Shown: one piece after another, positions 8,595 through 16,414 of the stretch
How positions within the stretch are numbered: the first letter of the stretch is position 1
Layout of the letters: the number at the start of each line of letters is the position of its first letter
Assembly: GCA_947630205.1 (NCBI GenBank)
Contig: CANRGW010000001.1
Location: 1 to 31,606 of the forward strand
Source of the DNA: an uncultured Bacilli bacterium
GTDB taxonomy: Bacteria; Bacillota_I; Bacilli_A; RF39; UBA660
Reading direction: 5' to 3'
Length of the DNA stretch: 31,606 bases
Program-made: the position numbers and the translations under genes
The notes under the pieces: generated by a model
What the model was told of the DNA's origin: nothing
What the model saw: the letters and a program-made list of their open reading frames with translations, nothing else
Database searches by the model: none

Positions 8595-9203
8595 TTAATA
8601 TCCCCATCGTTCGATTTTGAAATTAATATTATATGATCTACCTAAATTTTGTATCTCACTTTCACTATTATAAAGTAAATCCATAGTTAAACCATGAATA
8701 TCACTTCCTCTATCCAAAACTATCCCATAAAAATCACCTGGTTCATGGGAAAAATTGGAAATTTTTACAATACTACCACAAGGAATACTCTCATCAGCCG
8801 CCAAAATACGAATTTTTCCATAAGTATTATCTTCATAATAAATATTACCATTTTGAACATTATGACTTGGATTACATCCAAGATTACCATTACATCCTAC
8901 ACAATCAGGTCCATATCCTGTTAAAGTTCCTTCAAACTCAACTAATTTATTTTCATTTTGTTCTAATTCTGAAATTGAAAAAACTCTTACTATATTTGAT
9001 AAATTACCTTGTAAAGAATTCAAATTAAGATTACTAAAAGACATTAACTTTGAAGACTCAATTGTCTTTATGTTATTAATATTACTAACCACTATATCAT
9101 TAGATGAATTACTATTTGCAACTAAAAATAGCAAAAAAATAACAAAAAACAATCCACCAAAATAGGCTAAAATACGTTTAGTTTGCTTCTTTTTCCATTT
9201 CAA
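8595..9203 (-). CDS. Membrane-anchored 3D-domain protein (YabE/MltA-like cell wall hydrolase family)
   Basis: N-terminal TM helix; C-terminal LTGY...ILAADESIPCGS...LDRGS...MDL carries the three Asp of the 3D domain; lies downstream of tatD, like Bacillus yabE. Confidence 0.82.
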   Translation of the reverse strand: MKWKKKQTKRILAYFGGLFFVIFLLFLVANSNSSNDIVVSNINNIKTIESSKLMSFSNLNLNSLQGNLSNIVRVFSISELEQNENKLVEFEGTLTGYGPDCVGCNGNLGCNPSHNVQNGNIYYEDNTYGKIRILAADESIPCGSIVKISNFSHEPGDFYGIVLDRGSDIHGLTMDLLYNSESEIQNLGRSYNINFKIERWGY

Positions 9204-9228
9204 AGTAAACCACCTCTATTATATGATA

Positions 9229-9257
9229 ACTATATCACTTTAAAGATTTTAAGTCAA
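9229..9257 (-). promoter_or_regulatory. SigmaA promoter of the 3D-domain gene
   Basis: TTGACT (9257-9252), 17 bp, TATAGT (9234-9229), with extended TG. Confidence 0.7.
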
Positions 9258-9472
9258 ATCAATTAATAATCACTCCTTATTTTTTTATTTTCTTTAAAAT
9301 AATTTAAGAATATTTTAACATTAGACTTTACTTTTTTTATTTTTTATTTTTTAATTAATAATTTTCTTTTTTTAATTTTTTTAAAATAAATGTATAAATT
9401 ATTTTTAACTAAGCATAATATAAATGACAAGTGATTTTGGTATTACTTGTTAAAAGCATTTACGCTTTTTTT

Positions 9473-9537
9473 AAAACTCTATCAAACTATAGTTATAACA
9501 TTTAATGTTTATACTACTAGTTAGTCGATAGAGTTTT
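9473..9537. repeat. 65-nt imperfect inverted repeat (long hairpin, may also act as a terminator)
   Basis: AAAACTCTATC pairs with GATAGAGTTTT, AACTA with TAGTT, TAGT with ACTA and TATAACA with TGTTTATA; begins 1 nt after the 9539 stop. Confidence 0.75.
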
Positions 9538-9538
9538 T

Positions 9539-11033
9539 TTATTTTCTATTAATAGTAATATACTTTTGATTTCTAGCATTTATACTTTTTTTATTAGTAA
9601 AATCTAATAATTTTTTATCAATTAATGGTCTAATTATATTTTCTCCAACATATCTTTTGGATAATATTCCTATATGATTTCTTATTTCTTGAGCTGTTCT
9701 AGGTTCAATACAAAAATTTAATATTTTATCTATAATATCCTGTGATACACCTAGAGTTTGTGCACCACTTTGTGCACCACTTTCTAAATTATTATATAAT
9801 GTTTGAAATTCTGTTTGATTTCTAAATATTACCTTAAAACTATCTCGTTCTTCATAAAATTCAGGTTCCGGCAAACCATACTTTTTCATTTCCCTTTTCA
9901 TCGTTGGAATACCTGAATGTCTATTTTCAATTACTGAGCCTTTTTCCTCTAAAATTCTAACAAGAGTAGGATTTCTCGCTTCCATTGTTGTTGCTGTTCC
10001 AAGTTTTTCTAATTTATTAGTTCCATATAATGTTCCAGGATTTATAACCTCAATTCTATCATCATACATATTAACAGAAATATAAGCGTTTTCTGTTTGA
10101 GTTGAATAATCTCTATGAATTAAAGCGTTAGCAACGGCCTCTCTTAATGCTTCTAAAGGATATTCTGTTCTATTTATTCTATTTCCGTTTGCATCAATTA
10201 TTATGCTTGTTTTCATATTTCGCCTTAAAAAATTCATAGTTTCATTAAGCATTTCTTCAATTGTTCCTTCTACCCTTTTATTATCTATAAATCGTTCTCC
10301 TAATAATCCAGTATCTCCTAATTCTTTACCAGGAACAACTACACAAGCAACAAAGAGTTGAGGATAATCTCCAAATATCATGGTTCCAGCAAGTGTTGGA
10401 TAAGTATATTCATTATTTTTATCTATTATTCCACACAACTTTAAACATTTATCAAATTTATTTTTAGAAAAATGAGGTTTATTACTTTTTACTTTTTCAA
10501 TATATGTTATTAATTCCTCTTTATTTAAATCTTCAATGGTCGCTCTTTTAGTTGGTCTTGTATCTTCAAATATATGATCTTTATAACTTTGTAAAGCATA
10601 CAACTCGTAATCTGTCATAAGATCATCTCGATCACCAATTCTTATATAAGATCCATTTTTAATACCTTTAGGTTTATAAATAACATGGTTTTTTATTTTG
10701 GGAAATTTCTTCTATTTTAACTGCTAAAATTTCTTTACCATCTAAATTTAATGGCAAAATTTCAGGACGTATCGCTGGTTCTAGTGAGTCACTACATAAA
10801 TCTGTTATTTGTTGTTGAATATTATTTAAATTATACACACCTTCAATTTCAAAATCTTTTTGTTCATTTATACCAAAGATAATTAAACCACCATGTGTAT
10901 TTGAAAAACTAGAAAAAGTATCATAACATTTTTTAGGAAAACCTAAAGATGCAGATTTAACTTCTATTCTATCCGTTTCCGTTTTATATTTTCTTAAATA
11001 TTCTATTGCTTTTAATACTTCTGATTTATCCAT
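9539..11033 (-). pseudogene. AlbA_2 (Schlafen-like) domain + HATPase_c_4 ('RecG C-terminal-like') + wHTH protein, split by a +1 frameshift
   Basis: N-terminal part has ETDRIEVK...FSNTHGG...GINE; C-terminal part has ALREAVANALIHRDY...DDRIEVINPG...RNP...GIP. Removing one T from TAT-T-TAT (10678-10680) gives KPCYYKPKGIKNGSYIRIGDRDDLMTDYE and one 497-aa ORF. Confidence 0.85.
9757..9783 (-). repeat. 12-nt tandem repeat (SGAQ-SGAQ linker)
   Basis: TTTGTGCACCAC x2 plus TTT. Confidence 0.85.
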
Positions 11034-11106
11034 AAAACCATCTCCTAATAATCATTATACTATAAATTTAATATTAATTTGTCGTTATTTGAAAAAAACA
11101 GACTAA

Positions 11107-11861
11107 TCAATTTAGCCTGTTATACATTCTTAAAACATTATCAGTAGTTACTCGCGTTGCTTCTTCTCTTGATATATTTTTTATAGCACATAAATTATCA
11201 CAAATAATACTTACATTTTTAGGTTCATTTACTTCTTTTCTAATTGGTTCAGGTGTTAAATAAGGACTATCAGTTTCAAAAACAATACTTGTAAGAGGAA
11301 TACTTTTTAAAGTTTCTTTTAAATTAGTATTTTTGTATGTCGAAACGCCACCTATTCCAAGTAAATAACCTAAATCAATATACAATAAAGCTGTCTCTTT
11401 AGAACCACTAAAACAATGAATTGTTCCTTTTAACTTATATTCTTTTAAAATATTATAAGTATCATTAAAAGCATCTCTTGTATGAATTACAACCGGAAGA
11501 TTTAATTTAGTTGCTAAATCTAATTGAGCCTTAAAAATTCTTTTTTGCTCTTCTTTATTTTCTTTATTATGATAATAATTTCACCTATTCCTATAATTTT
11601 TTTGTTTTCAAGTAACAATTTTTCTAAATAAGAAATTGTATCATCATGAAAATCTTTTATCTCGTCAGGATGAATTCCTATTGTTAAATATATTCCTGGA
11701 TAACGATTAATAATTTCTATTCCCTCTTTAATACCTTTTAAATCACAACCAGAAATAATAAAATTCTGAACATTATTTTTCCTTGCTCTTTCTAGTATTA
11801 AAGCAATATCATCATTTAAATCCAAATGAAAATGCGTATCCGTTAAACTTTCTTTATTCAT
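11107..11861 (-). pseudogene. tatD: TatD family nuclease, frameshifted
   Basis: DTHFHL, GIHP, IGE, VVIHTRDA, IHCFSG and ETDSPYL motifs lie in two frames. The junction at 11578/11577 lacks the GLD of GEIGLDYY; adding 10 nt restores a 254-aa ORF. Confidence 0.88.
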
Positions 11862-13389
11862 CTTTTTTCTCAATTCTCATAAAAATTGGTTTAAAATCGT
11901 TAATATGAATATTTTCTTCTAATAAGCCAAATTTTTCAAGGTCTGAATAGGATGTCTCTTTTGTATTCAACTCTCTTAATATTTCTTTAGAAGTATCAGG
12001 TAAGAAAGCCTCTAGTAAAACAGCACCTATACGAATTGCTTCTAATAAATTATATAAAACTGTTTTTAGTTTATCTTTATTTTCTTCTTTAGCAAGTAAC
12101 CAAGGGGTTGTTTCATCAATATATTTATTACATCTTCGAAAAATATCAAAAATAGCATCAAGGGCTTCTGGTATTTCTAATTTATCCATGTAATCTTTTA
12201 CTTTCTTTTTAGTTCCAACAACTAAATTAATTAAATCATCATCAAATTCTGTTTTAACATCTGATTTTAAAATTATACCATCAAAATATTTGGTTAACAT
12301 TGACAATGTTCTATTTACTAAATTACCAACGGTATTGGCTAAATCTGTATTATAACGCGTAACTAATAATTCTTCACTAAAATTACCATCCGAACCAAAA
12401 GGAACTTCTCTTAATAAATAATAACGAATGGCATCAACTCCATATAATTTAACATATTCTCGTGGATCACGATAGTTACCTAAACTTTTAGATATCTTTC
12501 CACCATTAATAATTAACCAACCATGTCCAAATACTTGCTTTGGAAGTGGTAAATCTAAAGCCATCAATAAACAAGGCCAAATAATCGTATGAAAACGAAC
12601 GATTTCCTTACCTACTATATGTAAATCAGCGGGCCAATACTTTTTAAACAAACTATCATCTTCTGTTAAATAACCTAAAGCACTTATATAATTTGATAAA
12701 GCATCAATCCAAACATATATAACATGTTTATTATCAAAAGTAACTGGTATTCCCCAAGTAAAAGTAGTTCTAGATACACATAAATCTTCAAGTCCTGGCT
12801 TAATAAAATTATTTAACATTTCATTTTTTCTTGATACAGGTTGAATAAATTCTGGATGACTTTCAATGTAATCAACTAACCTATCTTGATATTTGCTTAA
12901 TCTAAAGAAATAGGCTTCTTCGGATACTTCACTTACTTCTCTTCCACAATCAGGACATTTACCATCTACCAATTGCGTTTCCGTCCAAAAAGACTCACAC
13001 GGAGTACAATAAAGGCCCTTATATTCTCCTTTGTAAATATCACCTTGGTCATATAACTTTTTAAATATTTTTTGAACAATTGCAACATGATAATCATCCG
13101 TAGTTCTTATAAATTTATCATAATTAATATTTAAAGTTTTCCACAAATCCTTTGCATCAGCAATAATTTTATCCACATATTCTTGTGGAGAAACTCCTGC
13201 TTCAGTTGCTTTCTTTTGAATTTTTAAACCGTGTTCATCACTTCCAGTTAAAAAATAAACATCATAACCATTTTGTTTTTTAAATCTTGCTAAACAATCA
13301 GCCGATACCGTTGTATAACAATGCCCAATATGAAAATTAGCTGATGGATAATAAATAGGCGTTGTTATATAATATTTTTTCTTTTCCAT
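11854..13389 (-). CDS. metG: Methionine--tRNA ligase (short form without the C-terminal OB domain)
   Basis: YYITTPIYY, HIGH, zinc knuckle CTPC...CPDC and KISKS motifs; Met T-box upstream. Confidence 0.98.
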   Translation of the reverse strand: MEKKKYYITTPIYYPSANFHIGHCYTTVSADCLARFKKQNGYDVYFLTGSDEHGLKIQKKATEAGVSPQEYVDKIIADAKDLWKTLNINYDKFIRTTDDYHVAIVQKIFKKLYDQGDIYKGEYKGLYCTPCESFWTETQLVDGKCPDCGREVSEVSEEAYFFRLSKYQDRLVDYIESHPEFIQPVSRKNEMLNNFIKPGLEDLCVSRTTFTWGIPVTFDNKHVIYVWIDALSNYISALGYLTEDDSLFKKYWPADLHIVGKEIVRFHTIIWPCLLMALDLPLPKQVFGHGWLIINGGKISKSLGNYRDPREYVKLYGVDAIRYYLLREVPFGSDGNFSEELLVTRYNTDLANTVGNLVNRTLSMLTKYFDGIILKSDVKTEFDDDLINLVVGTKKKVKDYMDKLEIPEALDAIFDIFRRCNKYIDETTPWLLAKEENKDKLKTVLYNLLEAIRIGAVLLEAFLPDTSKEILRELNTKETSYSDLEKFGLLEENIHINDFKPIFMRIEKKDE

Positions 13390-13411
13390 AATTATCTCCT
13401 ATCCTTTTATT

Positions 13412-13453
13412 TTATTTTTCTAAATTAAAGAAAATACACATTCGTTTCTTCAT
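13412..13453 (-). CDS. Putative 13-aa peptide MKKRMCIFFNLEK
   Basis: Perfect AGGAGG (13463-13458) 4 nt before the ATG; lies between the T-box terminator and metG. Confidence 0.35.
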   Translation of the reverse strand: MKKRMCIFFNLEK

Positions 13454-13463
13454 ATTTCCTCCT

Positions 13464-13660
13464 AAAAAAAGATTTTCATCCAAAGGACGAAAATCTCGTG
13501 GTACCACCTTATTTCACATATTACTATGTCTTATTACTTTTAACGCAAGTATACGTGTTGCCAAGCTCCAAAACCATCTTCAATTCAAAGTTATTGTTTT
13601 TTGCACCACCCAAAACATCTCTAAAAAAACTTTTAAATTTACTCATTTCTTCTTTGCTTT
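13464..13660 (-). promoter_or_regulatory. T-box riboswitch, Met-specific
   Basis: Stem I with AGAGA and GGUGGUG motifs; specifier GAAG-AUG-G (AUG at 13577-13575); T-box AAGGUGGUACCACG (13510-13497); terminator GAGAUUUUCGUCC-UUU-GGAUGAAAAUCUU plus U-run. Confidence 0.93.
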
Positions 13661-13666
13661 TTAAGT

Positions 13667-13695
13667 ATTCTAACATAAAATAAAATTCTATTCAA
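13667..13695 (-). promoter_or_regulatory. SigmaA promoter of the T-box-metG leader
   Basis: TTGAAT (13695-13690), 17 bp, TAGAAT (13672-13667), with extended TG; overlaps the spoVT stop. Confidence 0.75.
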
Positions 13696-14212
13696 GATAT
13701 TTATCTAAAAAAGAATTAACAAGTTCAAGTATTTTTAAATCATTATTTTCTAAATTATTATCAGTAATTAAAATTAATAATCCTACAATATCACCATTTT
13801 TTATAACTGTTTTTATAGCATAAGAAACTTTTTTATCAGGAAGTTCACTATTAAGTGATAAATTAACAGGAATATTTTCAAATACTTCTTTTCTTTCATC
13901 TAAAATATTATTTAAATAAGGACTTAATTCTAAACCTTTATATTCTTGATAATCTTTTGAAGTTAAAACAATAGCATTTAAATTAGTTAACAAAACATTT
14001 TTTCCATAAACTTTAGAAATTGCATCAATTAAATTAGTTAAAGAAATATCATAATCATTTATTTCTGAATAACGATTTAAAATAATACTATCATCAGATA
14101 TATTTATTTCTACTTGTTCATTTTCTTTTATCTTTAAAACCTTTCTTATTTCTTTTGGAATAACTATTCTTCCTAAACTATCAACTCGTCTAACCATACC
14201 AGTTGTTTTCAT
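13688..14212 (-). CDS. spoVT: Stage V sporulation protein T (AbrB-type DNA-binding domain + GAF-like C-terminus)
   Basis: MKTTGMVRRVDSLGRIVIPKEIR; 174 aa with C-terminal VIKNGDIVGLLI resembling SpoVT IVANGDPIGAVV, too long for AbrB. Confidence 0.85.
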   Translation of the reverse strand: MKTTGMVRRVDSLGRIVIPKEIRKVLKIKENEQVEINISDDSIILNRYSEINDYDISLTNLIDAISKVYGKNVLLTNLNAIVLTSKDYQEYKGLELSPYLNNILDERKEVFENIPVNLSLNSELPDKKVSYAIKTVIKNGDIVGLLILITDNNLENNDLKILELVNSFLDKYLE

Positions 14213-14227
14213 TTAATCACCCAATTT

Positions 14228-14256
14228 TATTATTGGTTAATTTTAGAAAAATATAC
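14228..14256 (-). promoter_or_regulatory. SigmaG-like promoter upstream of spoVT
   Basis: GTATA, 17 bp, AATAATA, compared with the Bacillus sigmaG consensus GHATR...CATWHTA. Confidence 0.4.
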
Positions 14257-14388
14257 TTAAGTTACAAGTCTTATTTTATCTTAAAGTTTATTTTTAACTA
14301 AACTTTTTTTATCTTGATTTTCTTTATTTTAAAAATTATAAATTTCTATAACTATTCTTTTATTTTATCAAATTATATTTATTTTATA

Positions 14389-14982
14389 TTAATTTATTCC
14401 TACTGTATTTTTATTTAATTCTAAATACTTTAAATATGTTTCTTTAAATGTATTAATAAGTATTATATCTCGACCTTTTATTATTTCTAAAACTTTATTA
14501 TTTAAATTTAAAAGAAAGATATTTTTTAAATATTTTTTTAATCTATCTATTTTAAAATTAGTATCTAAATACTTTTGTAAATTATTTTCTAATTTAATTA
14601 TTATTTCTTTAGAAGAAGTTTCCAATTCACTTTTTAACTTTTGGTAATTACTATCTAAATTCTTTCTTGTTAATTCTAAATCATCTTCTATAACTAAATT
14701 ATTTTGTAAAAAAGATTTTTTATCATCCAAAAGTTTCATTAAAATTTCTCGATAATCATTCATAAAAACTTTAATATCTTCTTCCATTTCTTTTTTATCA
14801 CGAAAACTTTCAGCAATATCAATTACTTTAAGAGTTAATTCATGAGATAAAGTTGTTAATAAATTATCAATTGCTAAAACAAGAACTTCCAAATTATTAT
14901 CAACATCAAGATTTAGTTTATTAAGATAAATTTCTTTATTTTTAACTTCCAACTGCTTCTTAATATCGTCTTTTTCGTTCAT
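14389..14982 (-). CDS. Hypothetical alpha-helical protein
   Basis: 197-aa ORF with AAGGA RBS and its own promoter; rich in L/K/D/N; no recognised motif. Confidence 0.75.
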   Translation of the reverse strand: MNEKDDIKKQLEVKNKEIYLNKLNLDVDNNLEVLVLAIDNLLTTLSHELTLKVIDIAESFRDKKEMEEDIKVFMNDYREILMKLLDDKKSFLQNNLVIEDDLELTRKNLDSNYQKLKSELETSSKEIIIKLENNLQKYLDTNFKIDRLKKYLKNIFLLNLNNKVLEIIKGRDIILINTFKETYLKYLELNKNTVGIN

Positions 14983-15013
14983 ATATATCCTTTCTATACT
15001 TTCTTACATTAAT

Positions 15014-15064
15014 AGAATATCAATTTTACATATATTTGTCAAATTGCTAGTTTTATGTTATATT
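15014..15064. promoter_or_regulatory. Overlapping divergent sigmaA promoters
   Basis: Minus: TTGACA (15042-15037), 17 bp, TATTCT (15019-15014). Plus: TTGTCA (15036-15041), 17 bp, TATATT (15059-15064). Both have an extended TG. Confidence 0.7.
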
Positions 15065-15082
15065 CTTAAAAGAGGTATTTTT

Positions 15083-15487
15083 ATGGAATTATTAGATTTA
15101 ATTAATGATTATATTAATACAGTTCTTGAACCAGAAAGTTTTACTTCCTTTAAAGAATTATTAAAGGAGAAACAAGGTAATTATCACGCTTTTGTTGCTA
15201 GTTTAGATATAGAAACAATTCAAAAAGAAATAACTAATATAGAAAATGAAAAAAGTATTTTAGAACAAGAATTAAAGAAATTAGAAAATCGTATTAAAAT
15301 AAGTGAAAAAAGAGGTTTAGAAGAACTTAGTAAAAGGAATTATTTAGAGGCTTTTGGTTATAGAGATATCGAAGGAAAAGCCTATAATAAGATTTTAAAA
15401 TTAAAACAAATTATTTTTTTGTATAATTCTTTTTTAAATGACTTAAATAACAGAAAAGAAAAAGGACTAGATAGTCCTAAGATATAG
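15083..15487 (+). CDS. Hypothetical coiled-coil protein (only plus-strand protein gene in the window)
   Basis: RBS AGAGGT before ATG 15083; heptads IQKEITNIENEKSILEQELKKLENRI; own promoter and terminator. Confidence 0.75.
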   Translation: MELLDLINDYINTVLEPESFTSFKELLKEKQGNYHAFVASLDIETIQKEITNIENEKSILEQELKKLENRIKISEKRGLEELSKRNYLEAFGYRDIEGKAYNKILKLKQIIFLYNSFLNDLNNRKEKGLDSPKI

Positions 15488-15505
15488 AGATTTTTTATCT
15501 CTTTT
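15486..15505. terminator. Terminator between convergent genes
   Basis: AGAGAT-TTTTT-ATCTCT followed by TTT. Confidence 0.55.
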
Positions 15506-16343
15506 ATTTTTCACTCATTTTGTATGCTGCAAGAAAACCTATTATGAAAAGGATAAAAGCAACGATTACTTCTAGAAAATTTAAATCAATTCCAAGAAGG
15601 GGTTTAATAATAGCAATCATAGAGGCTAAGACAAAACCTAAAACTCCATAGTAAGTTTTTACTTCATATTTCTTTAATAAAAATTCTATCAATTTAGCAA
15701 CTAAAATAATTCCTATTAAAACTCCTAAACCAAAAATACCAAGAATTATAATATTATGACCTAATAGACTAAAATTAGTAAGACTACGAACCGTATCAAT
15801 AATTGGTTTATAATAACCTAAAAGCATTAAAACAAAAGAACCACTTATACCTGGAATAATCATTGTAGAAGATGCTATAATACCAACCGAGAATAATAAA
15901 AGATAACCACCTAGTCCTAAATTTTCTAACACTTGAACATTATTACCAGACTTTAAAAAAGCAAAAGTTGTTACAAGAGCAAAAGTTAAAGCAAAAACTA
16001 ACCAATTACTAATTTTCTTTTTCTTGGTATTAACCTTTTTCCATAAAAGAGGTAATCCTCCTAAAATTAAACCAATAAAGAATAGAGTTGTTGCAAATGG
16101 ATATTTATCTAAACTTAAACCTATTATTTTACTAAATAATAAAATTGCTAAAACAAGACCTATTCCAAGAGGAAGAATAAATTTTAAATTTTCTTTAAAG
16201 TTTTTAAAGAAATGACTTATAACATCAATTACTTTTTCATAAATTCCTAACGTAATCATTAAAGTACCACCACTTACTCCTGGGATAACATTGGCAAGAC
16301 CAACAATCATTCCTTTTAAAACTAATATAATATTTTTTTTCAT
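15504..16343 (-). CDS. DUF368 family membrane protein (undecaprenyl-phosphate recycling translocase, PopT-like)
   Basis: Duplicated re-entrant motif ANVIPGVSGGT / TMIIPGISGS; 279 aa, polytopic. Confidence 0.9.
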   Translation of the reverse strand: MKKNIILVLKGMIVGLANVIPGVSGGTLMITLGIYEKVIDVISHFFKNFKENLKFILPLGIGLVLAILLFSKIIGLSLDKYPFATTLFFIGLILGGLPLLWKKVNTKKKKISNWLVFALTFALVTTFAFLKSGNNVQVLENLGLGGYLLLFSVGIIASSTMIIPGISGSFVLMLLGYYKPIIDTVRSLTNFSLLGHNIIILGIFGLGVLIGIILVAKLIEFLLKKYEVKTYYGVLGFVLASMIAIIKPLLGIDLNFLEVIVAFILFIIGFLAAYKMSEK

Positions 16344-16414
16344 ATAACCTATAAAATCCTTTCTTTATTATCTTTTTATTAGAATATCATAAAATATTTA
16401 ATTTGACTTCTTTT

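Noticed and set aside
13137-13177. Two DnaA-box-like 9-mers (TTTTCCACA, TTATCCACA) inside metG
   Set aside because: They are explained by codons (LWK, YVDK); only two boxes and not intergenic. oriC is expected beyond the right edge, upstream of gyrB.
13498-13683. 61-aa plus-strand ORF
   Set aside because: It is antisense to the T-box leader, which explains the sequence.
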